Of a stretch of 64,000 nt of DNA, positions 1-12,491 are shown piece by piece. Source of the stretch: the human T2T-CHM13v2.0 reference genome, Homo sapiens. The notes under the pieces were generated by a model. That model was not told where the DNA came from and made no database searches. It saw nothing but the letters and a program-made list of their open reading frames with translations. The stretch lies in assembly GCF_009914755.1 (NCBI RefSeq), contig NC_060935.1. One strand, given 5' to 3'. The position numbers and the translations under genes were made by a program. The first letter of the stretch is position 1; each line of letters starts with the position of its first letter.

Positions 1-32
1 ACAGAGAAAATTAAGATAGTATTGAGATTATT

Positions 33-410
33 GTATATACTTATACACATATATACACATATACATATACATACATATACATATAAACACATATATACAT
101 ATATACATATGTATGCATATATACAAATATACCTATGCACACATATGTGTATATACACATATGCACCCATTTGTGTATATACACATATGCACCCATTTGT
201 GTATATACACATATGCACCCATATGTGTATATACACATATGCACCCATATGTGTATATACACATATGCACCCATATGTGTATATACACATATACACATAT
301 ATACATGTATACACATATGTACACATATATACATTTGTACACTTATGTGTATATATGTACATATGTACAAGTATGTGTATTTATGTATGTGCAGATACAT
401 ATACGTATAC
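33..410. repeat. TA/CA-rich low-complexity tract containing a 26-bp minisatellite (ATATGTGTATATACACATATGCACCC x ~5.8, 143-292)
   Basis: Units read directly at 143, 169, 195, 221, 247 and 273; two units carry an A>T variant (ATTTGTG). Confidence 0.95.
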
Positions 411-639
411 AGAGAGAATAAAGTAAGAAATATGTTATTGAGGAAGCATTACCATTTGCTACATTTGTTAAGAGCAGACTAAGGAGACATGACAAGGAGA
501 GCTCTCTGTGGTACCTAGACTTAAGCACTTCCTGGGAGCTAGCTTCGTAGTTTTATAAAATTCGGAAGCTAGCTTCTGCATAAACATCTTTCTTAGAGGT
601 AGAAGTTAAGACACAAGCTTGTGAATAAATAGAGAAAAT

Positions 640-1110
640 TCTGCCTTCCTAGATACAAAATTCCATGTGCTTTGAATCTGTCCATGCCTCATCATTTCTA
701 CTGCTGCTACTCAAGCAATACAACACTCTCATGTAGATGTTGATAACTCCATAAGCTGCCCACCACAGGACTTTTATACAACTCATTTATTCTACGCAGT
801 ACACTCTTCTCCAGCTAACCTGTATCTCTCATTTTACCTCAAATTTTGCTTTTTTTAGGAAGATTTCCCTGACTTCAGACAGATTAGTCATCTCCAGTAT
901 TTAATCTCAAGACTACCTATATTTCTTTAGAGCATTTGTCAAAGTTTAAATAAGCTAGTTGATGACTTTTATGAGGTCCTAATTTCTACACTTTTTCTTC
1001 ACCTGACAGTCCTATGAAGTCAGTATTTTATTTCCTGTTTTCTGCTGTATCCCTAATGTATAACATTGCAGATGACTCTTAGTAAGTGCTGAATTCCAGG
1101 TGATTAATGA
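640..1110 (+). mobile_element. L2 LINE 3' fragment, highly diverged
   Basis: GCTGTATCCCTAATG...TAGTAAGTGCTGAAT resembles the L2 3' terminus. Confidence 0.5.
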
Positions 1111-1920
1111 GCCACACATGGCTGCTGTATTGTCTTTGATTTTGAAATATAATTAACCCTCATTCTTTCCTTCCTAATCCCCTTTGTTGATACCAATTCT
1201 GCAGTAAGTATACTCCTTTAAGCTGTGAAGTAATAAGCAGAGCGATCTTTTGAGAAGAGTATATGGCTCTAAATAAAAGCAGACAGATTGCCTGAGTACT
1301 TAGTAAAGGCACTGGATGAAATATTTTCTTTTGTAATTGCAATACAAAACATTAATAGAGATTATGGATGAATGTCTTCCTTAGAGGTAGAAGATAAGAC
1401 ACAAGCTTGTAAATAAATGAGGGACAAACAAATTATATTTTCAATTTCTTGGGGCTGGATTTGTAAAGTAAAACAAGTACACACTGACTACTCCTGTTAA
1501 CATTCTATTCAACTTAAACACAAAATTGTGTTTCTTGCATTTGTCTTCTGCTATAAATAGTTTTAGAATTTGTGGGTTTGTACTAATCTTTTAGGCCATA
1601 GCTTACCTGAGGAGCAAATAGAAGAGCTGAATAAAATGACACAAGGGCAATTACTTTCTGGTAGAAGACATGAACATCTTCTTCTCAAAAATTCTTCTGG
1701 CATTTAACTAGTGGTGAAGCCTAGAATAAAGGCTGTGGCCCAAAGAAAGGCACTGATTTACTTGATTCTGGCTTCTACTTCCCTTCCAGAAAAGATGAGC
1801 AGGTTTTAAGTTTGACCTGTCTGTTGCATCACTTGTAGGAAGATCTCAGAGGATTGATAGGAACACCTACATTGTTTTATTCAATTGAAAAAAAAAAGAA
1901 GAAACAAAAATAAAACATCA

Positions 1921-2102
1921 TTTTACTCTCTACTTCTGTGAGATCTTTTTTTTTATTCCAAATATGAGTGAGAACACGCAGTATTTGTCTTTTCCTGTGC
2001 CTTCTTGAAAAATGCCAAGAGAGTGGATGTTAAGTATTCTTACCACAGAAATTATGACTATATGAGGTAATGCGCTTATTAATTACCTAAATTTAAGCAT
2101 TC
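1921..2102 (+). mobile_element. Short L1MA-type 3' end with an inverted 5' piece (1921-2004 on -, 2005-2102 on +)
   Basis: The minus part reads GGCACAG..AAAGACAAATACTGCGTGTTCTCACTCAT..GATCTCACAGAAGTAGAGAGT. The plus part, GCCAAGAGAGTGGATGTTAAGTATTCTTACCAC..TGAGGTAATG, is the L1MA terminal motif. Confidence 0.65.
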
Positions 2103-2104
2103 GA

Positions 2105-2126
2105 CTCTCTCTGTGTGTGTGTGTGC

Positions 2127-2168
<42 letters not shown>
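2105..2168. repeat. Compound microsatellite (CT)n(GT)n(TA)n
   Basis: Read directly. Confidence 0.95.
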
Positions 2169-2171
<3 letters not shown>

Positions 2172-3044
2172 GGAATTTAAAGGGCATATAAACTCTGAGT
2201 GCATTTTAACATGAGCTATGAAAGCCATGAATGAAAACATGCAGAAGGTTATTAAACTATTTTGAGAACAAGTAAGATTTTCAGGTGTCTGATGTATTTT
2301 TATTACTATACAATCAAGATGAAATTAGCTTAAATGAATCTAGGAATTAAATTATTTATTATTTCATTGCAATCTCAATTCCTAACTAGACTTCATTTTC
2401 CTTTTTTTTTTTTTTTAAGACATTATATTGGCTTCTATAAGTCAACTCATATCTGTCTGGTTCAAATAGTCATAAAATTTTTAGTGTGTTTCTAGGTAGA
2501 TAAAAAGGCAGGTAGATAGATAAAACATGTGACATGGCCTAATTAATATTTAAAAACCAAATACTATAAAAAAACTGTGATATTGATACATCAAAAGAAA
2601 AGTACAAATGAAATAAAATACAGAATACAGTTATAATATTGTATATGTATATAAAATATTAAGGGATATGTGGGGTGTAAATATGTTGTTTTGAGCAAGC
2701 TAATTGCTTTCATGTTAATGGTGAATATTTATCTTTCTTTCATGCAGTAACATTTCTTAAAAGGAGAAGAAACCCCTTTGGAGTCAAAATGATGTTTAAA
2801 TTTGCCATCTTTTTATTTATTTCCATAGACAAAAATATAAGAAATGAGTTAAAATATAAATGATGCTACCTTTGAATAATTTTTGTGGAAATGTTCTAAT
2901 TTTTTCTCTTTTCATGTTTTTCCTTTTTCTTCCCCCATGATCCACTCCACTATCAGCATCTTGTTCCAGCCTCCTATTTCTAGAGTCTCTTCTGTTTTCC
3001 CCTGGAAATCACCTTCCTTTAATAACATTCTTTGCTATCACACC

Positions 3045-3096
3045 TTATCCCCAAATAAAATGTTAGCATATTATCCCCAAATAAAATGTTAGCATA
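3045..3096. repeat. Perfect 26-bp tandem duplication TTATCCCCAAATAAAATGTTAGCATA x2
   Basis: Identical copies at 3045-3070 and 3071-3096. Confidence 0.95.
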
Positions 3097-3147
3097 TAAG
3101 CATTGTATACAAACTTACCATCAACCAATGTGTACATTATGGTAGTG

Positions 3148-3186
<39 letters not shown>
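3148..3186. repeat. (TA)n(TATG)n microsatellite
   Basis: Read directly. Confidence 0.9.
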
Positions 3187-3188
<2 letters not shown>

Positions 3189-4771
3189 GTCTCAATGGCT
3201 CCAAGTCAATTAGAACTGCCCCCTTCCCCGATTCACCCATCCTTGGAGTTGTGTTCTGTGGTGATTATATTTTTCCAATTTTTTAAAACTTAAATTTTTT
3301 TCTACAAAATATGTTTTTGACAAAACATTTTGGGCCTCTGAGACGTGGTCCTGTGCCAAAATTGTTATTCTAAAATTATTTTGTGACAGTGTCCTTTTAA
3401 AGCAGACAGGAAGACAGATAACAAAAAATTATTTATAGGGATTGATTTTTCAATAATTGAAACCTAAATGCAAAGAACTTATGGTTGCCTTTTCTCCCAG
3501 TATGAGAAACCAAATCTGTCAACCTAATTCTCCTAAGTTCACTATTCCTTTCATCCTCTTAAAGTAAGAGAATGGTTTCAATTAATCAGAGCACAAACTT
3601 GAAGTCTGGCTCCTTACACCAATTTATTACAATTTTTTACATAATTTGGAATAAACCCATTACATTGTTTCCTCCTTTTACTCTCTAATGAATGGTAGAC
3701 AACACATTGGAATCAAATGCCAAAAATTAAAACATTTCTCAGTATTTTTATTTATTTATTTATTTAGCTTTCAGGAATTGATGGGAGACTCCCAACGTCT
3801 TTCTTTGCATTTTAGCAGAGTTCTAGCTTGGATGTAGGCACTAGGAGCTAAAAATTGAACTATACTATTAATACAAATTATTAACATAATTCAAATTAAA
3901 ATATAAAGAGGAGGGTTCTGTTTCACAACAGGCTTTGAAAAATATTTGAAAATCATATTGGTTTTGTTTGTTTATTTTTAGATTTCCTATACAATACTGA
4001 AACAAGTAACTAGAATCCATCATGTAGCAGTAAAACCATCACTACTATTTTCAAGGAAAACTTTCTCAATGCAGCGGAAACTGCCTTGCATCTTTAGAAA
4101 CAAGATTTAATTATAGTCAAACTAAATATAGTTTATAATCCATGTGTTAACGAAGATAAAGTGCTAGAACATTTCTGCCCAGAAGATTTACACAATTCAG
4201 TTCACATGCTTCTGCTTCAGAGTCAAGTGACTGAAACTTTCATGGCCCTCCTTTAACAGCTAGAACATAGAAGGAATAAAATAACAACAACAAGCTTTGG
4301 AAGTTGAATAGAGTTTCAGCTTCTTGCTTGCCACATGGAATTTGCCAAGATTCATTTGGCATTTAAGCTTGAACCAAATACAAACATCTCAGTAAACAGT
4401 TTCACTTCAAACATACTAAGGCCAAGAAGCAGATAAAATGACATGCTACTACTAAAGGAGCCAGAAAACTGTTTCCAATTATCATTTGTTGTCAAAACCT
4501 TAATGAGGTTTTGACAAATAATGAGGGTAATGAGAAGTGCATGGAATCCCAGATATCCTTTTTTAGGCAAGGTAATCTCACTTTCTCTGATGACTCTTCC
4601 TTATAAAGGTTGGCCTATTTCTCTTGCCAATGTGAGAAGGGTGACAGAAATTCCTTAATCAAGAAGGCAACTGTGTTCCTGGTACATCCAATAGGATTTA
4701 ATTAAGTATTGGAATGAAAGGAGTCACAGATCACCAATTCATTCTGCTATAAAGTGCATGTAATCCCTCTA

Positions 4772-4883
4772 CAGTATTGCTACTCAAAGTGTGATCTGAG
4801 GAACAACAGCAGTCTGCATACCTGGGATTTGTTAGAAATGCAGAAATTTAAGCCCACCCTCCTGATTCAGAAGCTGCATTTTC
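4772..4883. mobile_element. MER5-family hAT-Charlie MITE, left half (right half at 6063-6128)
   Basis: CTCAAAGTGTG...CAGCA...CCTGGGATTTGTTAGAAATGCAGAA...GATTCAGAA matches the recalled MER5A/B consensus. Confidence 0.8.
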
Positions 4884-4978
4884 TTTTCTTTTTTTCTTTT
4901 TTTTTTTTTTTTTGTGATCCCCCCACCTTGGCCTCCCAAAATGCTGGGATTACAGGCATGAGGCCACCATGCTTGGCC
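4884..4978 (-). mobile_element. First ~65 nt of an Alu followed directly by a poly(A) tract
   Basis: The minus strand reads GGCCAAGCATGGTGGCCTCATGCCTGTAATCCCAGCATTTTGGGAGGCCAAGGTGGGGGGATCAC, then an A-tract (4884-4913). Confidence 0.9.
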
Positions 4979-6061
4979 TATTTATTTATTTATTTATTTT
5001 TTATTTTATTTTTATTTTTTATATGTATATTTTATTATACTTTAAGTTCTAGGGTACATGTGTACAACATGCAGGTTTGTTATATATGTATACATGTGCC
5101 ATGTTGGTGTGTTGCACCCATTAACTTGTCATTTACATTAGGTGTATCTCCTAATGCTATCCTTCCCCCCTCCCCCCACCCCACAACAGGCCTCAATGTG
5201 CGATGTTCCCCTTCCTGTGTCCTAGTGTTCTCATTGTTCAATTCCCACCTATGAGTGACAACATGCGGTGTTTGGTTTTTTGTCCTTGCGATAGTTTGCT
5301 GAGAATGATGGTTTCCAGCTTCATCCATGTCCCTACAAAGGACATTAACTCATCATTTTTCATGGTTGCATAGTATTCCATGGTGTATATGTGCCACATT
5401 TTCTTAATCCAGTCTATCATTGTTGGACATTTGGGTTGGTTCCAAGTCTTTGCTATTGTGAGTAGTGCTGCAATAAACATACGTGTGCATGTGTCTTTAT
5501 AGCAGCATGATTTATAATCCTTTGGGTGTAGACCCAGTAATGGGATGGCTGGGTAAGCAATGGCAACAAAAACCAAAATTGACAAATGGGATCTAATTAA
5601 ACTAAAGAGCTTCTGCACAGCAAAAGAAACTACCATCAGAGTGAACAGGCAGCCTACAGAATGGGAGAAATTTTTTGCAATCTACTCATCTTACAAAGGG
5701 TAATATCCAGAATCTACAAAGAACTCAAACAAATTTACAAGAAAAAAACAAACAACCCCATCAAAAAGTGGGTGAAGGATATGAACAGACACTTCTCAAA
5801 AGAAGACATTTATGCAGCCAACAGACACATGAAAAAATGCTCATCATCACTGGCCATCAGAGAAACACAAATCAAAACCACAATGAGATACCATCTCACA
5901 CCAGTTAGAATGGTGATCATTAAAAAGTCAGGAAACAACAGGTGCTGGAGAGGATGTGGAGAGATAGGAACGCTTTTACACCGTTGGTGGGACTGTAAAC
6001 TAGTTCAACCATTGTGGAAGACAGTGTGGCGATTCCTCAGGGATCTAGAACTAGAAATACC
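4979..6061 (-). mobile_element. L1PA, 5'-truncated with twin-priming inversion (3' part on - to 5554; inverted part on + 5555-6061)
   Basis: L1PA 3' terminus TTATTATACTTTAAGTTCTAGGG at ~5032. ORF2 C-terminal peptides appear on both strands (ORFs 5238-5636 - and 5661-6080 +). TSD GAAGCTGCATTTTC at 4870-4883 and 6063-6076. Confidence 0.95.
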
Positions 6062-6062
6062 C

Positions 6063-6128
6063 GAAGCTGCATTTTCATAACATCCCCATGTGGTTGTTAT
6101 GTGCGTTAAAGTTTGAGAAGCACTGCTG
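6063..6128. mobile_element. MER5-family MITE, right half
   Basis: TGCGTTAAAGTTTGAGAAGCACTG matches the MER5 terminal sequence and is continuous with 4772-4883 across the TSD. Confidence 0.8.
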
Positions 6129-7154
6129 TTTTATAATATCACCTCCCATTACTCATCAAGACCTATTTAAACTTCCCCATTTAGGAAAAAAATCACTCTC
6201 TAGGGAAGCTTTTATAGTGGTGGTGAACAGCTCTCACAGTAATGAAGTCTTTTCTTACATTAATTAAGGTAAAGATCAGCTTCTCTGTTACTTCCAGCTA
6301 ATTTGTCAAGATTCTTCCCCTTAAGTCATTCAGAATAAATTCAGTTTTTCTCTTTTAGCAAAATATTTTAGATAATTGCAAATAGAACCTTTGTCTTCTT
6401 ACTCACCTCCAGTTACTTCAATCACTTTTCTAAGGTCATAATATTTACTATCCCTCAACATGTTGGTGCTCTATTCTAAAATCTGCCTTATTTTTTTTCC
6501 CATGAAAGTATGACTTCCAGAATTGAATGCAATATTCTATGTATAGTCTGAAATTTGCAGAATTTAAAATGATTGTCTCCTCACTTACTCTCCATATTTG
6601 ACCTCTATTAATATAGCCAAATTTATTTTCTGTAGAGAAGGGGGGATAGTATCTTGTAAACTTATACTGAGTTTACAAATCTCTAGAATCCTAGTTATTT
6701 TCTACTTATGACAATGTGTCTTCTTCTTTATTACTCATGTCAGATTGATTATTTGTATCAGGTGAAGCATTTAAGAAGCAGAAAATTTAAAGACTGACAT
6801 TTTTCTGCCTTCTCATTGAAACAGCTTATCTGCAACAACTACTACAAATACTGTTAACTGTATTTCTTCCCTTCATTTCTCTAAAATTATGCTGAGTATG
6901 TTGACTGATCCAATTGATATGATTTAGATTATGACTTTGCATTTCATGAATTTGTCATTCCTTCCAGTTTAATTTTCTAATATATTATACCACCAGCCAT
7001 CATGCCTGAAAGACTAAGATTCTGATATATTAATCTTATAAAAGAGTTCTTAAAAATGTATGAATTGAAATATGCTACTTTGGGGATTTATGGGTTAAAA
7101 TGTGTTTTCCTTGCAGACTGATATATAAATACCATACCTTTAGTAAATAAACAT

Positions 7155-7320
7155 TGCATTAGTCAGGGTTTTCTCTAGAAGGACAGAAGTAATGGAATAT
7201 ATGTATGTATATACATAAATGGGAGTTTTTTAAGTATTAACTCACACAATCACAAGGTCCCACAGTAGGCTGTCTGCAGGCTGAGGAGCAAGGACAGCCA
7301 GTCCGAGTTCCAAAACTGAA
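7155..7320 (-). mobile_element. MLT2A (HERV-L LTR) fragment
   Basis: TGCATTAGTCAGGGTT..CTCTAGA..GGACAGAA..TATTAACTCACACAATCACAAGGTCCCACA..GGCTGTCTGCAGGCTGAGGAGCAAGG. Confidence 0.8.
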
Positions 7321-7339
7321 TTCCACCAACAATTTAAAA

Positions 7340-7515
7340 GGAATGAAGCCCACCTGACACCTTGATTTTAGCCTTGTAAGACATACCTAAGCCAAGGCCT
7401 TAGCTGTGTCATGCTACATCTAGACTTGTGACCTACAAATGTGTGAGATAAATGGATGTCATTTTAAGCCACTAAATGTTTGATTATTTGTTACATCAGC
7501 AATAACCAAAATAAC
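7340..7515 (+). mobile_element. MLT1 (MaLR LTR) 3' fragment
   Basis: CTGACACCTTGATTTTAGCC...GTGAGATAAATGGATGTCATTTTAAGCCACTAAATG...TTTGTTACATCAGCAATA. Confidence 0.7.
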
Positions 7516-9019
7516 TGGGGTCAGGGCTGCTGTAACTGTGTAATTTATCACAGTGTACTTCATTCATCAGCTCAAATCCAGCCTTAAAAGTCTTCATAAC
7601 AAAGAATACCAGAAGCAATTAGAAAACTTTCAGAGATAACACTTCCAGTGAAACTACCCGAGCTTTGTGTGATATTCAGTGTGTACTTCTGCTGCAGAGT
7701 GGATTCTCTACAATGCTTTTTCTAATTGTTTCTTTCAATTTTATTTTGATAAAAGCAAATACAGGTTTGTGTGAGTTTTGCGGGGTGAGGGAGAGACAAA
7801 GATAAACAGAAAGACAGAGAGAGACAGAGAGACACATTTGAAACTATGTAAATAAAGGACCAGCTCTGAGTCTTACTAGGTCTGTGAATTTAAATGAATC
7901 TTAAAACTTTTTGGCCTTTAATTAATTTTCTCATACATAAAAAGAGTAAGATCCCAGTAGTTTAAAATATGAAAAGTTTTCTCTTTCTGTCTCTCTCTTT
8001 CTTTTTCAAAGGAAAATTTATCTAGTAGTCTACTCTATATTCATGGAAATGCCAGTCTTTTCTGTTTTAAGGGGATGAAGGGGTACTCCAGCCTCCACTG
8101 CCAGGCTCTCCCCTACTAATCCATACTCCATCCACCAACTGAGGACAGTGAAACGTTTTCAGGGACTACTAGAACACCAAAGAATGTTGTCTGCACGCTA
8201 CTCCACAACAAATTGCTTAACGTATCTTTTCTCTCCAATGCTGTCAGCTTTTAAAAAATAGACATATGGAGAAAAATAATGAAAAAGAAATCTCTCCAGC
8301 TCACTGAACTTCATGCTCCAATTACCACCAGATATGGTGCTGCCTAATTATTAAAAGCACACATTTATGCATAAATGCACCTATTCAGTATGTATCATTG
8401 ATTATAAGAACTAAGGGCAACATTCTGTGTTTTTCTGTAGACATGTAGTCTTATTTGTTTACAGAGGTTTGTCTAATGACAACTAGACTGGCCAGTGATT
8501 AACATTTTTTGTGATTCATTCCTTATCTAATAATTCATTCCTTATGCATACAAAATATGAGACTATATGGTAACAAATCTTTAAACTTAAAGATTAAATG
8601 TAACATTTTTATCTAAAATACAGATAAACCATAAACAGTAGTGTAAATTATTAATATTAGGAATACATCAGAGAAAACCCAAGATAATGCTATTCTATTT
8701 AGTTATTTCAAATATTATGAGGAATAAACCATCTTGGTTGTGTTATTGATTCAAGATGAAATACTACATTACACTAAACAGAAGTAAGGCATATTTTGAA
8801 ATATTTCAAAAAAATTAAGGCATATTTTAAAATATGCCTTACTTCTGTATAACATGTTCACCTTTTGAAACATAAATTATTATTCGACATTAAAAATTTT
8901 CAATAATCGAGCAGACTCATTTAAACATAAAGCCTTTACCCTGACACACTCGGTTCATTGATGAACCAAATCTTTCCCATCTCTAAACCTTAGTGGTTGA
9001 TGTCCACAACACACTGAAC

Positions 9020-10162
<1,143 letters not shown>

Positions 10163-11090
10163 TGAATGTCATTTTCAAAGTGATTTTAATCTTACCTTCA
10201 GGTAACCTGAACAGAGCATTTGTTTTTCCTATCTTGGTTTAGGAATTGTTTTACTCAGATAATAGAGACCTATCAAATTACATACTCAAAACAAAGAAAG
10301 CAATTGTATTAACAAAACTATGCAGAAGAGAAATAGAAATACATAAAAGCACTACACGATCTACGCAAATAACAAAATTCTACTTGTATTCTACAAATAT
10401 ACAAATAAATACATCAGAAGAAAAAAGAAATAAAATCAATAGCTGGGAAAGTTTTAAATAACATCTCATTCTTTTTTCTTGTGTCTCTCACTAAACAATT
10501 TCCAATGAAATAGGTAAATTATTTGGAAACACCTTTAGTTAAAATAACCTATTAAAATCACATTATGGTACTCATGAATAATGATTTTCATGGCAATACA
10601 CATTTTAGGACTCTTTGATACTTGGACATCCTGTGCATTTTTTCTATTGTTGTTGTTCTGGCCTCTATCAGAAATGTAGTTTTAAGATAAAATATTTCTG
10701 GATTTCTGGATGAAAGCACACCTTTACATATCCAAGTCTTAATTTATTATGCTATCTTTAAACTGGGCAGATAATTAAAAATTACTTTACAATATCTTAG
10801 AAAAAAATTTTAATTTGCTATCTCTCTTCGTGGAAATAATTATATAGTATATATTAGGTTAACATACTATAACAACATGGTGTAAATCAGATTATATTTT
10901 TAAATACATTTGTCTAACAGAGACATGTTAAAGAGAGTTGTTTAAAACATAATAACTAGCACCAGTGGTTTTTTTTTCTCCACCACCCTTTTCCACAAAG
11001 TGAAGTAATTGTATTTCTAATAACTTTGTTCAATATGTGTGGCTATGAAAAGTTTTACAAATACACACATGTGGTTACATGTGTGTGCAA

Positions 11091-11387
11091 TTTTTTTTTG
11101 TTTGTTTTGAGACAGGATCCCACTGTGTCACCCAGGCTGTAGTGCAGTGGTGTCATCTCAGCTCACTGCAGCCTGGACCTTCTGAGCTCAAAAGATCCTC
11201 CTACCACAGCCTCCTGTGTAACTGACTACAGGTGCTCACCACCATGCGTGCTAATTTTTGTAGTTTTTGTAGAGACGGGGTCTTGCCATGTTGCTCAACC
11301 TGGTCTCGAACTCCAGGGCTCATGTAATCCGCCTGCCTAGGCCTCCCAAAGTGCTGGTATTACAGGCATGAGATATCGTGCCCAGCC
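11091..11387 (-). mobile_element. AluJ
   Basis: Dimeric Alu with CTGCAGCCTGGACCTTCTGAGCTCAA (J-type); heavily diverged. Confidence 0.9.
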
Positions 11388-11899
11388 CACATGTTTTTTA
11401 TTGATGATTTGTGAAGCACTAATATGATTCGCTCTGTGTTGCTTTTTGCTGTCCTGACAGTTTGATATTAGACCATTGATTTTGAAATTATTATAGATTT
11501 TCAAAATGGTTTATGCATTTAACAAATGGGGTCATTAACATTTAACGCAAAATTAATTGTCCTTGGATGATCTTGTGCTATGAATGTCTTTTATACTAGA
11601 TTCCCAATCAAAAGTCATTAGAAGAATGAGATTTTGGCATTCCTCATTTTGGAATTTGTTAACTGGTTCAGTGTTTAAATTTGTCATAGGTATGGAATCT
11701 CCCTATAAATTTCAGCAATCTTTTAATGATAACTTATCAGATTAGCAGATCGTGTTGAGTTTTTAAAGGAACATATAAAAATGATCTCCCAATATTCTTG
11801 TAAAGAGATTTATCTTACAACCTTCTGATATATAAACACAAGGCCAAAATGTAAATGCTATAATTGGTTCCACAGATTATTTTATTAAAAATATATTGA

Positions 11900-12147
11900 A
11901 TAGAAAAAATGGATAAGGCCTACTATTTGATAGCACAACAAGGTGACTAGTCAAAAATAACCGTAGATTTTAAAATAACTTTAAGGATGTAGTTGGATTG
12001 TTTGTAACTTAATGGATAAATGTTTGAGGTTATTGATGTCCCATCCTACATGATGTGCTTATTTCATATTTCATGCCTGTATCAAAGAATCACATGTACT
12101 CCTTAAAATATATACATACTATGTACCCACCAAAATTAAAAAAAAAA
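11900..12147 (+). mobile_element. L1MA1/2-type 3' end with A tail
   Basis: TATTTGATAGCACAACAAGGTGACTA...CATGCCTGTATCAAA...CTATGTACCCACCAAAATTAAAAAAA. Confidence 0.8.
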
Positions 12148-12491
12148 TAGTCTTGAAATACCTTGAAAATATCTTTCTTCCATTGAAATTCGGTATTCCT
12201 TGTAATAATGTGTAATTTACAGCAATCGCATTTTCTCCCCCTTACCTTTGCCAAAGAACTAAGGAGCAGTTTGTTGGAAGTACATTTAATATTTCAAAGA
12301 AGCTTTCCTGGAGGTTTGAGATTGATTCCCATATATCTCTATGCTTTAATCACTATGAGTTTGTCCCAAGCCTGAGAACCAAACCTACTTTTTAGGTGCT
12401 GCAAAATCTGATTTTTGAACTCTGAAGAATTGTAGCACAGATCCTAGGCTGCAGTGAGGCCAACACAGAAATGTAGTTTGGAAAAGAGCAA

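Noticed and set aside
143-292. CRISPR-like palindromic repeat array
   Set aside because: Spacers are 6 bp and identical, there are no cas genes, and the DNA is primate. It is a minisatellite.
22-528. Overlapping 60-134 aa Y/I/H/M/C-rich ORFs on both strands
   Set aside because: Translation artefact of the TA/CA repeat, which lacks stop codons.
4754-5254. Longest ORF in the track (166 aa)
   Set aside because: Reads through MER5, poly(T), antisense Alu and antisense L1; chance chimera.
11063-11086. Small hairpin ACACACATGT-ggtt-ACATGTGTGT
   Set aside because: Short, low-complexity CA/TG arms are expected by chance.
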